The notes: generated by a model from the letters alone, not told the origin. Shown: positions 1-11,468, numbered from the whole stretch's first letter. The stretch: 63,389 nt of DNA, filler included, from Perkinsus chesapeaki ATCC PRA-425 (GCA_013115145.1; 9 parts of 9 records of this genome joined end to end with filler, not necessarily neighbours in it), one strand, 5' to 3'. A program made the numbers and translations.

Positions 1-69
1 AAGGAGTTTGATAGGAAATATGTTACTAGTGATACGGAGGAGGAGATATAATAGAAAGGAGTTTGATAG
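1..69. repeat. 55-bp tandem minisatellite (partial, ~1.3 units)
   Basis: AAGGAGTTTGATAG at 1-14 recurs at 56-69. The same unit, with one substitution, opens the contig at 39608. Confidence 0.85.
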
Positions 70-102
70 AAAAAGTGCGTTTCTTTATCGCATCAGACTA
101 TC

Positions 103-1770
103 TCAAATTTGTGCAAAAGTTGGTATGACCGAATAGCGCATGTATCCGCAACATGCCTGCACAGATTTTGTGCAATTTGTCCCCCTCAAGAGACATAACA
201 TCCATGATTGAAACAAAGAGCGGTATGGGGATATTGCACAAATTCTGTCTCCCTTCCACCCCACTTGAATCTTCTGAACCCCAAATCGACGTAGGGTAAT
301 GTCCCTCTGCCGAGAGCTACATTCCGACTGACTACTCCTCATCCAAAGCTCTCGGATAGTCAAATCCAGTCAGGAATTGAATTAAGCCTGCCACTGGACA
401 GGTTGTAGGGATACCTCGAGCACTCCCTTCGAGACGTCCAATAGCTCCGTTTCGAGAGATCTGTTCAACTCTACAGTGTTTTAAAACTTCCGAGGTCGGT
501 TATCTACTGCTATTTAACTGACTGTGGAACGTGTTGACCCATAAGGACAAGGTTCGGATGGTACTGAGGAAACAACCGGTACGAGTTAAACCATTTCAAC
601 AAGCGAATGGCAAACGCCTCACCGAGATGAAAATAAAATGCCTTCTATAGAATCTGATATGATAGTATAATTAACAGAATAAATAACTCCATTATAGCAA
701 ACATTAAACACCAGCAAACCCATCGACCGCTCTCAACGCCACCAACCTACCCGAATTATCTTTTCGATTTTGCCTTTGAAGAGGATCCTGCCAACCCCCG
801 CGTTCGCGCTGCCTCAGTTGAGGTTCGTTGTCATTCTAGACTCCTGCGATTGGACCATCACAATGTTGCTATTTCACGAACTTTCATAATATCTTCGACC
901 TACTGTTCCGAAGTGCACGCTTCGACCCTAGATTCTCCGATATAAATAGTTACCATTTGTTTTCATAATTACGTATAAATAAGCATACATTGGCTATTGC
1001 CAGAAGGAAAGCGTTTGATGGGCACCTTAGAAATATCACCCAGTACATATAGATCAGATTACTGTTATTAATAATTAAATCTAATCTCTCTGGGAATAGG
1101 GCCCGTGCGCATGAGGTGAATCGTATATACCACTGGAAAGAGCAACAAATTTCTGATCCAATGCTACCATTTTCATCCTCAAACTCGATCTACATCACAT
1201 TCAGATCGGCGCTGGACAATTTTTTCTGACCAGACTGTATATTATAACTACGTGCAAGCACTCCTTGGTATAATAATGATGAATTAGTCTAACGTTATTG
1301 ATACATGTGTATTGATCTACTATATTGTTATAATCTATATATATTCTATCTCCGCACTGACAGATTTTTCCTGAGCCCAGCTTTGGCCGTGTCACTCGCA
1401 AGTGTTGATGGCAACTCAAACTCGACTCGCACTCTCGAGAATCTTTCAAAAGACCACTGGCTGAAATCAACCCGAGATTCTCACTAATAATACGAAATGC
1501 ATACTTCAACTTTAGATACGAAGATCTTCCTATCGCCGATGTGCCCGAAAAACACATCATTCGTTGCGTCACCGAGGGCCGCACTCTTTCGACAAATAAA
1601 TGTGAAAAACCTTCTCACGCAGATATCGACAACTCCGCGCACCAAACTGGAGGTAGGAAATTTCAGCAATAAAGTTCACATCACAAACTAGCGTAAAGAT
1701 CCGATAATTACTAAAAAGGGAAGAACAAAACCTCACCGAGGTCCTCCTGTAGCCGTAATGTGGCCGTATT
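103..1770 (-). CDS. Probable multi-exon gene of unknown function (boundaries approximate)
   Basis: Several short minus-strand open segments bounded by GT/AG (e.g. ...DATNDVFFGHIGDRKIFVSKVE|gtatgc). No recognisable domain. Confidence 0.3.
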
Positions 1771-1891
1771 AGAAATTATCCCTTAACCATTAAACTATAA
1801 ACTCAAGACTTAAATCACTTCTTGCGGCCGCGAAACCAAATCACGACACTACCGGCAGCTGCTAACAAGTGGCAATCAACGTCATCAACAT

Positions 1892-2634
1892 TTACTCCTC
1901 ATCATCATCACCACCACCGTTAGCGGCGTTACGCCTCTTTACGCGGCCGGGGCGTCCGCCACCGAAGGGCGAGGTGAGAGCGAAATCGATGTGCTTCTCC
2001 GAATCAAGGCGAACCATGAAGGAAGGAACATCACAGATTTGCTTGCCAACTCTGAAGTGAATGTTAAATTCGATTGATGAGATTTATTGCCTACCTGATG
2101 TGTCTCTGCTTGATGAGCACACGAGCATGATGAACGCTCTTGGCGAGACCGAGCTTGAAGACCTTAGTCTGGAGACGCCTCTCGAGCATCTTGTTGACGG
2201 TCAAAGCAAGGACGTAATCGAGCTTGCGCTCCTCCTCACCGAGAAGACCAAGGCGAACCAAACGGCGAAGCAAAGCCTCACCCTGGAAGACACGGGTCTC
2301 ATCGGTTTCCTCGAGAGTCAACAAATGTCTGAAACAGATATCCAATTATCCCTGCGCACTCAATCGACCTTTTATGAATCTTGCACGGTCGACCTCCGGA
2401 TACTACCTAGCGGCAGCACGGATCTTGGAAAGAGTGTACTGCACACGCCAGAGCTCACGCTTGTTCTTCAAGCCGTACTCGCCGACAATCTGAAGCTCAG
2501 AGTCGATACGGGCCTTCTCGAAGGGGCGACGCGGAGTCTTGGCAGTCTTGGAGTCTGAAACAGTCCAAAGGTAAGCCGCCAACCTCCCCCACACACACCT
2601 CCCTATTACAGTTTCGGTAGGATTTGATTCCCAT
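1892..2634 (-). CDS. RPS9: 40S ribosomal protein S9 (uS4), 4 exons: 2634-2610, 2554-2407, 2328-2095, 2051-1892; 188 aa
   Basis: Spliced product [24 protein letters not shown]...[35 protein letters not shown]. Three GT-AG introns (55, 78, 43 nt). Exon sum 567 nt ends in TAA. Confidence 0.97.
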
Positions 2635-2679
2635 GGCGGCTGCGGCGTGAGAAGAACGGCTTCACGGAGGTGCCGAGTG

Positions 2680-2725
2680 GGCTATCGATCGCCTGATCGA
2701 CGCGATTTTATGAAAGCGCGCGCCC
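2680..2725 (-). promoter_or_regulatory. Candidate ribosomal-protein promoter module (GGGCGCGCGCTTT-N21-CGATCGATAGCC in RPS9 sense)
   Basis: 36/46 gap-free identity to 52672-52717 upstream of RPS3. Lies in the 199-nt divergent gap between RPS9 and the FAM136A-like gene. Confidence 0.7.
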
Positions 2726-2833
2726 TGGTGATCGACTACAAACGCACGGGGTATCCGAGGTTGAAGCGTGAAAGATTCACTATAGGTCAATTGGAGGCCT
2801 CCCAATCAGCCTTTTTTTTGTTCTCTACCAGCA

Positions 2834-3778
2834 ATGAGTGACGAATTCCGTAATGCGCAAAGCGACCTCAACGCCAAGGCGGAGAAGTTGGCCGATCTCA
2901 TTCAGACACGACTTCTCAAGGTCGGCAGAAAAGTCGCCGTTCAGACCGTCAAATGTGAGTTATCGATCACCATTCACTAATAATCAATCTTTATAATAAC
3001 TTTGAAGCTCAATACGCCCTCTGAACTGTTTACCGAGCAGTATGTCAGGTTTCGATGACAACGGTGAGGACTACAAGGCAGTCGAGCGATGTCAGCAAGA
3101 TGCAGCTCAACCTGCTATGAGGTATGTTGGAGTGGCATATGCTACCATACCTCAATTAGCCGAGATTCGCCTTGTCAAATCGGCAATGCAGCGAAGATAT
3201 TTGGACAATTTTCCTCGAAATTTTATCACCCTTGCGAACTCATGTTGTCTCGAGCACGTGCATATCACTAAGCCGTCTAAGAAGATGAAAACGAGCAAAT
3301 CGGTAAAGTTCCGAAGATTCCTTTATTCGTTTTACTGTTACTCTCAATGAGATTACTCCACACAGTATTACTCCCAGCTAATCCATAAACGAGTTGGTTA
3401 GCTTGGAATGTATTGGAGACGTCAGACTGTCTACCGTTATCTTCCTCAGATTGCAACAAGAACTCCAGCATGACTCTCAGGCTGTCAGCAACATGATTCA
3501 GTCTTGCGTCAATGCTTGCATGCCTTCCAGTGCCAGCAACTCGGAGGTATTTATCGCGTCGAGTGGAGCCAAACATACATAATCGATCAAAAATACGTTG
3601 CTGCTTTTCGCGTCGTATGGTGGTCATATTTCAGTTGATGGCGAACCCGGATACAAGAAAGGCTGTCGAGGCCGAGTTTGACCGCTGCGCCGCGAAATGT
3701 GTTCGTGACGCGATGCCCAAGTTTGACCAGCTCGAGAAGACTAGTTTGGCGAGCATTGATCGTGTGGCAAAGGAGTAA
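2834..3778 (+). CDS. FAM136A/DUF842-like small Cys-motif helical protein, multi-exon
   Basis: MSDEFRNAQSDLNAKAEKLAD...VKCMSGF...VERCQQ...IQSCVNAC...FDRCAAKCVRDAM...; paired CxxxC helices as in FAM136A; GT-AG introns. Family assigned from memory. Confidence 0.7.
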
Positions 3779-4030
3779 GACACCCATTAGTTGCTTTTTC
3801 GATACTGTAATTCTCAATTGTTGGTCAATTCGGTCACTTCTTCGCCGAACCAAGTGACAGTAACGCGACGCTCGGGTACTTATTGGTGCCACATAGCTTC
3901 CCACTTCTAAGCGGGGCCTTGTCGATTCCGGGAGAGAACGGCACGACGTAAATTATGTCATCCTGAGAGATGGATTCGAAATATTAAGTTAATTCGGAGA
4001 AAGGCCGGGCACCCGTGATAGTGGGGAAAG

Positions 4031-4076
4031 CATAATTTTCGATTTGTCAATGACAAATCGAAAATTATGATGTCAT
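4031..4076. repeat. 19+1+19 perfect palindrome followed by TSD remnant (candidate transposon excision footprint)
   Basis: CATAATTTTCGATTTGTCA a TGACAAATCGAAAATTATG, then a + TGTCAT. TGTCAT repeats the end of the left arm plus the complement of the central base. Confidence 0.85.
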
Positions 4077-4819
4077 CATTACGAGGAAGCTTCTATTGCG
4101 TCGAGTATTAATTGCTGCCACCTAAACGTTAGAGGAAATGCGAATCTGAACTGCGGCTTGCGATTTTGACACCTCCAAGGTCGAGACGGAGGATCGGGTT
4201 AAGGCGGCGCTGATGAGATACAATCGCTGTTGTATATCAAGAAATAGCCATTGAGCTCTTGAACAGAAGTGCAGTCCTCACTACCGGAATGAAAGTCCAC
4301 GATTAACCGCGCGCAACAACACCAAAGTTAGTTGGCTCGCAACTGAACCACGCTCCATTCGTCGAGTTGCGCATGCCTACTTTTACAGCATGCGATGAGT
4401 CAGTATTGATGACACTACACAAGTTGTTTAACACAAAATACAAAAGTAAAACCTACCCCTTGACAGGTCGCAATTGTCGTCGGACAAATCGGAGAAGTGT
4501 TTGACGTACAGTAATTCCTTCCAGTGAGAACTGAAGCTGAGTCGTGCGGGTGCAAGGACGATAATAGCTATCAATACCAATGACAGCCATTGGCCGTCAT
4601 AGTCTCAGTCATTAAATTACTCAGATTATAATGGCCAGGCTGTACTACGAAAGAATGGATTTCCTAGCCAACTTGAACTACACAGTCTACAGAAAGATAC
4701 ATAGTAACATCATAATGAGGTCCTCATTGACATACAAGATGCGACTCACCACCGAAAAGTGTGCCGTGTGTAGGCATCTGTCGCGCCGAGCGCCGAAACT
4801 CGTTATTCATTAACAGCTA

Positions 4820-4841
4820 CTAAGTTGAACTTAGTAAGTTC
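4820..4841. repeat. Exact 22-bp hairpin-type footprint, inferred TSD CTAAGTTC
   Basis: CTAAGTT g AACTTA g TAAGTTC. Confidence 0.85.
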
Positions 4842-5063
4842 CGCAACTCGAGCCTAAATTAGTTGGAGAGACAGTTCGAGCCTGTTCTGTAGCGTCTGAG
4901 GAAATGTTTTGAAGAACGCCGAATTAACATTATGTCAATAATACTGTCATTATCAACGCTACACTAATTGACCTCAACTCATCGGCGATCATCAGCAACA
5001 AAGACAAAGTTCACTATTAAGCATTACCCTCTCGGAAAATACATGTGGAATGTGAGAGCAAGA

Positions 5064-5085
5064 TGTCAGAGTCTGACAGTCAGAC
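5064..5085. repeat. Exact 22-bp hairpin-type footprint, inferred TSD TGTCAGAC
   Basis: TGTCAGA g TCTGAC a GTCAGAC. Confidence 0.85.
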
Positions 5086-5344
5086 GTTCTGACGAGACGG
5101 CATCGACGTTCTGTAAGACACTAAGGATATTACTTCATTGAGAAGCTATATCTCAGAAAATATCTGGATCTCAGGATTTCAATCTTAGAAATTCTGTATA
5201 GCTGGACGCCAGCTTTATAAAAATTTCACTAGGAAACTGCCAGGAGATGTGTACAGTTGGCGGTCCAATTACTGGACTCCAGTACTATCAGGCTGAAAGC
5301 CAGTATCGACGACGAGTTCAAAGATACAATTGCCTTGGAGCATT

Positions 5345-6301
5345 TCATCTGATCACCTTTTCCATAGTCCTGAGAGCATCCAGCCTACCGAATGGCATTG
5401 GAGCTTTGCCATCAAAACTTTTAACCCCAGGAGTACTAGTAGATATAATTATAGACTTGATTTCTTTGACGGACAAGGGGCGTGGGGCCACGCTTTTCAT
5501 CATGGCTATAACGCCAGCGACTATAGCAGCAGAACCCGAGGTTCCAGCGAAACTGTCATAGCCACCAGACAGAGTGGTACTGTAAACATTGGCTGGAGCG
5601 GCTACGTCCACAAACGGTGCATAGTTGCTCTTTGAGTGGAGGTTCATGCCAGCATTATCCGTACCAGACACACATATGATACCGTCCAACGTCTTGGAAT
5701 ACTCGCATGGGTAACTAGTTTCACCGGGAAGTGATACATTCTTACCACGGTTGCCTGACGCGCAGATGAGGGGTATATTAGCCTGAGTAGCCTTAGTTAT
5801 GGAAGCCTCAACGGCGGCATTCTTCGGTTTCCAGCTGGCAGATAGGATTATAAGATCGACCTTCGAATCAACAGCGTAGTTGATAGCGTCAGAAAAATGA
5901 CGAAAAGCTATCGTCCCATAAACGCGGATGGGCATCAACTTGATGTGATCTGCAACACCACTTATACCTTTATCGTTATTAGTGACGGCTCCAACAACAC
6001 CAGCCATTGCCGTACCATGACCTGTAGTATCTTGGGTGTCAGCATTCTTATCCATCACATTATATCCAGTTACGATATTGCTCTTGAGATCCTCGTGGCC
6101 AGCCTGGATGCCAGAATCTACGAGGGCTACCGTAACCTTTTTCTGGGAAGGTATCGAGCGAGCTTTGGCCCATGCTGCTGGTACTCTTACAGCCTGAAAA
6201 TACGACTTCTGATGTACTTCATAAAGAGGGTCATTAGGGTCAGCGTTCACAGCAGTACAAACCAAGTATACAATGGTGGAGGCAAATCCCATTGTCCACA
6301 T
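5345..6301 (-). CDS. Secreted subtilisin-like serine protease (S8), intronless; start at 6301 or 6292
   Basis: Hydrophobic N-terminus. Catalytic motifs VDSG (Asp), GHGT (His) and GTSG (Ser); oxyanion Asn in ASGN; DPNDPLY resembles the mature N-terminus of thermitase-type enzymes. Confidence 0.93.
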   Translation of the reverse strand: MWTMGFASTIVYLVCTAVNADPNDPLYEVHQKSYFQAVRVPAAWAKARSIPSQKKVTVALVDSGIQAGHEDLKSNIVTGYNVMDKNADTQDTTGHGTAMAGVVGAVTNNDKGISGVADHIKLMPIRVYGTIAFRHFSDAINYAVDSKVDLIILSASWKPKNAAVEASITKATQANIPLICASGNRGKNVSLPGETSYPCEYSKTLDGIICVSGTDNAGMNLHSKSNYAPFVDVAAPANVYSTTLSGGYDSFAGTSGSAAIVAGVIAMMKSVAPRPLSVKEIKSIIISTSTPGVKSFDGKAPMPFGRLDALRTMEKVIR

Positions 6302-6780
6302 ATTATCAAATTATTCAAAACTATTTAATGAACAGTATTATTGCGAAGATGGCGCTTGCAGCGCGAGGCCCAGCTCCCCGACGGGGTTGCAAGCGGACTA
6401 AAATGGAACCGTCTACAACCTGAGTAACTTAGGCTAAGTTGTCGGGAGTATCTATGGGAGCTGTAATTGAAAGTTCCTGTACTGACAACAGAGAGTAATC
6501 TCTTTGTTAACTCGAGTTCCCTCAAACTGGGAGTCAGCTGCATCTGAACTCCAGATTCTGAAGCCGTAGTGAGGTACTGCGCCGCGCGCATGGCCCCTGC
6601 CCCGGCTGTCTGTTTTCCCCAATACCCATTGATGACCTCGAGAGCGCAAAGTAGGCTCAATAACCTCTAAGAATGGTCAGTAGCAACCAGCTTGCTGTGT
6701 TTACAGAAGGCCAGGACGCCCGAGGCCCGAGGGAGGATTTTTTCCGGACCGCTCCGCGAGCCGAAACACACTAATATGGC

Positions 6781-6802
6781 AGATGGGGCCCATCTGATGG
6801 GC
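6781..6802. repeat. Exact 22-bp hairpin-type footprint, inferred TSD AGATGGGC
   Basis: AGATGGG g CCCATC t GATGGGC. Confidence 0.85.
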
Positions 6803-7032
6803 TCGATGACAGTCTTGTAATATAAACTGAGTGCCTGCGGTGCTACAGTCTAGCTATGGACTATTAGGGCGAAAATTTACCCCTGAGAGTTAATCTATCC
6901 CTACTGTGCTGCAGTACCATGCTATTCAATACCGTGTTGTTGCATGTGTGTTGAGGGAGCATTTAGGGCGGCGAACTCTCTCAATTACTGGATAAAATTT
7001 TCTTGGGCGACCTAACGATTTCCTTGAATTCC

Positions 7033-7054
7033 GTACCCTCAGGGTACTACCCTG
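7033..7054. repeat. Exact 22-bp hairpin-type footprint, inferred TSD GTACCCTG
   Basis: GTACCCT c AGGGTA c TACCCTG. Confidence 0.85.
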
Positions 7055-7331
7055 GAATTTCCTGGGGATTTCACTTGTGAAATCTCCCGTGTAAAGCCTT
7101 CTTTCGACCAGAAGGTAGTCAACCAACTGGCTCCAGGCCTGGCCCAGACCGCCTGGACTAGCCAGCCGGTCAGGAAGTACACAACTGCTAGCTGGCCACC
7201 GACTCGTTGCAGCGAGGTCTAGTCCAGATCCGTGTAAACTACGGCCCGGCGTCAGTGACCCTGTTCCAAAGCACACCTGAATGCAGGATACCTAATACTG
7301 ATTTTTGGCCTCAAACTGCTGAATGGTACTG

Positions 7332-7369
7332 AATTGTACTCTAAGAGTACAATTGTAAGTACTACTCTT
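7332..7369. repeat. Two-hairpin footprint, inferred TSD GTACTCTT
   Basis: AATTGTACTCT a AGAGTACAATT (11+1+11), filler GTA, then AGTA c TACTCTT. Confidence 0.8.
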
Positions 7370-7464
7370 ATTTATTAATAATCATACCACTACAACTATT
7401 TCGGCCAAAGCTCCTCTACGGGCTGACACGACCAATATTTGCATAACGAATCGGAGCGCCCTGC

Positions 7465-7486
7465 TTGATGACTCATCATTGATGAG
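7465..7486. repeat. 22-bp footprint with one mismatch, inferred TSD TTGATGAG
   Basis: TTGATGA c TCATCA t TGATGAG (second spacer expected a). Confidence 0.6.
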
Positions 7487-7778
7487 GCAACTAGCTGATA
7501 TAGTTGTTAATCAAATGCATCTTGAACTTCAATCCTTCGAGAATCTGTCGTGTTAGTTCACTTGGTGACCATGTCTTGGTTCACTTGCTTGGCTGCCAAT
7601 TTGACAGTGCCAAAATATTTCAGCTGTTACAGCAGTGCTGTATCACAGTGCTACTAGCCCTGCTGTATTAGCAGCCACTACTGTACTACCACGGTTTAAC
7701 TCTCATAGAGGGTCACGCCGTTTCCCAATTTCATCCTGCTGAAGGGTGTCCCAGAAGGTCTACACCTATCACAGGTGA

Positions 7779-7798
7779 CCTATAGAATAGGCTATTCT
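7779..7798. repeat. Partial footprint (one hairpin, other end trimmed), inferred TSD CCTATTCT
   Basis: CCTAT AGAATAG g CTATTCT. Confidence 0.5.
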
Positions 7799-8284
7799 CC
7801 CTTCCTCAAGCCGAACAGCGCTTCCTACAGGGACGCATCGTATCCTTATCCTATCGTATCGTATCCTAAGGGACGGCCATCAACAAAGTGGCCACACTTC
7901 GTGACACGAAGTTCTTTTCTCCTCTTTTTGTCACTACTTCGTGGCGTCGCTGGGTCATCCATCGTATTCATATGTTCCTATATGATGTTCATATGATGTT
8001 CCTATAGACAACTCAATGCCAAATGGAACGAAGTGAACAAGTCTTAAACAAGTTCAACTTAATAANNNNNNNNNNNNNNNNNNNNNNNNNNNNNNNNNNN
8101 NNNNNNNNNTTAATTAATTAANNNNNNNNNNNNNNNNNNNNNNNNNNNNNNNNNNNNNNNNNNNNGAATGCAAGCACAACATTGACCAGGGGACCGGGGA
8201 ATCTGAATATAATGCACACGCATATCACTGTCATACGGCTATAATCTAATTGAAATAAACTGCATCATCCGAAACTGCACCACT

Positions 8285-8404
8285 AGGGAAAAGAGAGGGA
8301 AGAGGAGGGGGAAAAAGGGGGAAGAAAAAAGAGAAGAGGGAAAAAGAAAAAAGAGAAAAAGAGAAGAGAAAAAGAGATGGAAAAAAGAAGAAAAAAGAAG
8401 AAAG
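8285..8404 (+). repeat. ~120-nt polypurine (A/G) tract
   Basis: Only A and G apart from one T. Confidence 0.85.
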
Positions 8405-8530
8405 ACGTGTCACTGTCTAAGTCCACTTGATTCATTTACGAACACAAGCAAGTGTTAGACTGAGAATATGTGTTATCTGCATTATCGTCAGCATTATCTG
8501 ACAGTGTCTTCATGCATTAGACGCCAGCGC

Positions 8531-8552
8531 AACGCTCAGAGCGTTACGCTCT
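8531..8552. repeat. Exact 22-bp hairpin-type footprint, inferred TSD AACGCTCT
   Basis: AACGCTC a GAGCGT t ACGCTCT. Confidence 0.85.
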
Positions 8553-8584
8553 GAGAAGAAAACATGTACTTTTGGTACCAAAGC

Positions 8585-11468
8585 TCACTTACCTCGATAT
8601 TTGTGCCGGCGCTGTTCATTTTTACGCGACTGGCGTAGCTGGAGGCGCTCAATCTTAGCGTCTCGTAGAGATGCAAGGGTGGTATCGTCAAAGTTGCCTC
8701 CTACCGGGCAGTACCAGACCAAACTGCCGGAATCCAAAGCAAAACGCTCGTGCTTAACTTCCATATTGTTGAGCTTGTGTCTTAAAGTGCCCCCCATGGG
8801 CAATCGGCATAGTGAACATTTTTCCCCTTCCCCTCCACGGACACTACCTCATAATCTCCTACGCGGGCACGCGCCCGGGCGGCTGCCTCTCGTTTCGCCA
8901 AGAGCGTCGCCGGATCCCGCGTTGGAGCCTTTGGGCACCGACCGAATCGCGTACCATCGGGAATATGACCGTTGAACTCGGTTGCAGCCACCGGCAGACG
9001 GCAATACTTGCACAACATATCAGAGAGTCGTCGCTGTGAACCACCATGAGTATTACTCGTCTCTTCATTGCTATCGTTCCTGTGAGGTCCCGCACCACCA
9101 ACAACAACGGTGTTTCCAACGGTACTAGAGCTTACCCAAGCCCGCAAGAATTCTTCCAGAGCGATATCCTGAGCCTGTACCGGTTTGGGAGTCCCAAAGG
9201 AAAGCAGCCTCCACGTCAAACGGTACTTTCCCTAGCCGGAGGGACACGCACCTCCTGCTGGTTAAGCTCTTCCATGAGCCTAAGCACGGCCTCCATCCCC
9301 GTAGATGTAGTGGCCATCGTCGACTGCCGATTATTTAGTTTGGCCATATACGCCCTAAGGTCTGGCTGGGATATGCGGTGTAGAGGTAGGATTTCAGTAT
9401 CATGGTCTAGGGCCTTATCGATCTCCAAGAATACCCTTTTATTATACTCACGCCATACATCTTCTGGAGTCCCTTTATCAGCTGGGAGAGATGACATGAT
9501 GTCGTGCAAAGTAGTCCTCACCATTGGAGTCCAACAAGCCAGCGGAACGACTGCGGTAGATGCGCGTAGGCCCTTGAGACGTAAGAACCTTTTGCGCGTG
9601 TCGGGGAACTGAGGACTTTGGCGAGAAGATCATTAGGATTCTCCTCAGTGTCAGCTTGACCATCAAGGTCAGCCGCAGTTAGTGAGTCGAAGTCAGCGAA
9701 ACCTTCTACGTCACCTAGAGAGTTGTCATCAGTCTGGCCGCCGTCACAATCGAAATCGGCTGATTCCCCGCTGACACATTCGGCTAGTAACTGGTCGAGA
9801 GCATTGCTGTCAATAGTTTGTAGATATTCACTGCCGAATTTGATGGTGGGCTCACCATCGATGAGAAGCGCTTCTTTCACACGACTGAGCTGCGTCAAGG
9901 ATACCTCATCAATAGAGGATAGGGAACGGGATAGTGTCGTGGCCGTTCAAGGTGTGGTTTACTTGCCGATTATGGAATATTACTTTCCATAAACTCCTGG
10001 CATCGAAGAGCTCGGGCCCCAATCTTGTGATGCTAGAGTGGCTCCTCTTCCATACAGAGTGCAGGCACTCATTAGATGATGTTCCCCTCCGACATTTGAG
10101 CTTTCCATTATGATCCTTGATATCCATAGGAGTGAGCGGGTTGTCTGTCAAGCAGCCAGCATCAATGTGTGTCATCAATGAGGTATAGCTACTCCAGAGG
10201 TAGGCGCCCAAAAGAGTGTGGACCCTACTCTCCTCCTTGCTAGGGTCGTCGCCATGGGACTTCCGAGCCTCCTCGTCCAGGAGAAGGTATGTCTTGACAA
10301 CCTTCTCCACGCGCTCATGGAGTATCTCTGGTGATGGTATCCCTCTATGAACATTCTGCCTTAATCCTATGCGGCTCGGATCATCTGCCTTCCTGCCATG
10401 ATAGTTGCTCTCAATCTCATTGACAGGTATTCCAATAGCGCCAGATACTAAATTTTTCATATTGGTAGAAGCTGTTCCACAACAAGAGCAATCCTCATAC
10501 AATGTTAATCGCGGAGCGCTTGATCCCAATGGTCGGTCGATAACTCGGCCTTTCAGATCAGAGAATGCCAGCTCCAGCTCCTTGCTGGAAGTCGAGCCCA
10601 CTAACACCAAGTTCCAATACCGTACCCGTCCCATCGATCAAGGCACAGATATACCCTCCAGATCGGCACTGGGTAACTCTTTTGCAGACAGGCCTTGAGT
10701 GAGCGATAGAAGTTATGCCGTCGCACCGGTAGCTCTCGGGTTCCCTCAATGGTACCGATTTATGCCTCCGATAATCTTTAATGAACGCATTCTTCAGAAT
10801 GTAATAGCTCAAAGCCGGAAGTGGGCAACAATTGTGCGACAAGGAACAACGTTTACACCAACTACCTGGGGCGGCCTTGGTATAGCATTCTCGATATCGA
10901 CAGGATCTCCTAGCTGGCTCTGGAAAAGGGAGTGGGTGCGCCACCTCTCCATAGTGGCCTCAAATAACTGACGTCTCCTAGCCAGTGCCAGCTCCTCGGC
11001 GCCCTTAGCTATGGATAATTCTGTTTGTATCAGCCCCCCTCCCCCAACCCTTAGGCTGGGCGTCAAGCAAACGCTGAATTGAGCTTTGTCGGTAATAATG
11101 TACTGGAACGTCAAGTCTTGCGCTATATGCCGAGGTAAAGTCTTGAGGTACCTACCATAGAATTACGGCGGAAACGATATGATGGTTGTGCTCACCTCTG
11201 TGCCGTTGATACCCAAGTATAGGTACACTGTCGACACTGGCGTTTCAAACTATACAGCTTGACTGGCCACCCCAGATGGTATAACTTTACAACTGGCGAT
11301 ATCCTTGCTTGCGCTGTGCGCAAGGCTAGAGGATTTTGGGCATGCTCCGCCCCGTGGCGTCCACATTACTACAGAATGGGAGCATAGGTTTTTAGCGAGG
11401 TTCTTCGGTGTGGACCTTCTCGCCGCCTCTCCCGGCCGCGGCGGGTGATAAACATATAACCCCGGCAT
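8585..11468 (-). pseudogene. Degenerate intronless DUF6729-like, probably transposon-derived ORF with two C-terminal Zn-binding motifs
   Basis: Consecutive ORFs in shifted frames. Motifs VVMWTP..CP, LYEDCSCCG, GCLTDNP, KCRRGTSSNECLH..FHN, CKYCRLP..GH..RCP and CSLCRLP..KH..YCP resemble the eukaryotic DUF6729 family as I recall it. Frameshifts e.g. near 10630 and 8810. Confidence 0.55.

Noticed and set aside
8066-8165. TTAATTAATTAA between N runs (eight occurrences) and apparent gene neighbourhoods across them
   Set aside because: Artificial six-frame-stop linker joining contigs; adjacency across it has no biological meaning
8531-8555. Helitron-like 3' hairpin plus CTRR at the end of the DUF6729-like element
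   Set aside because: No Rep/helicase motifs, and the hairpin is fully explained by the 22-bp footprint geometry
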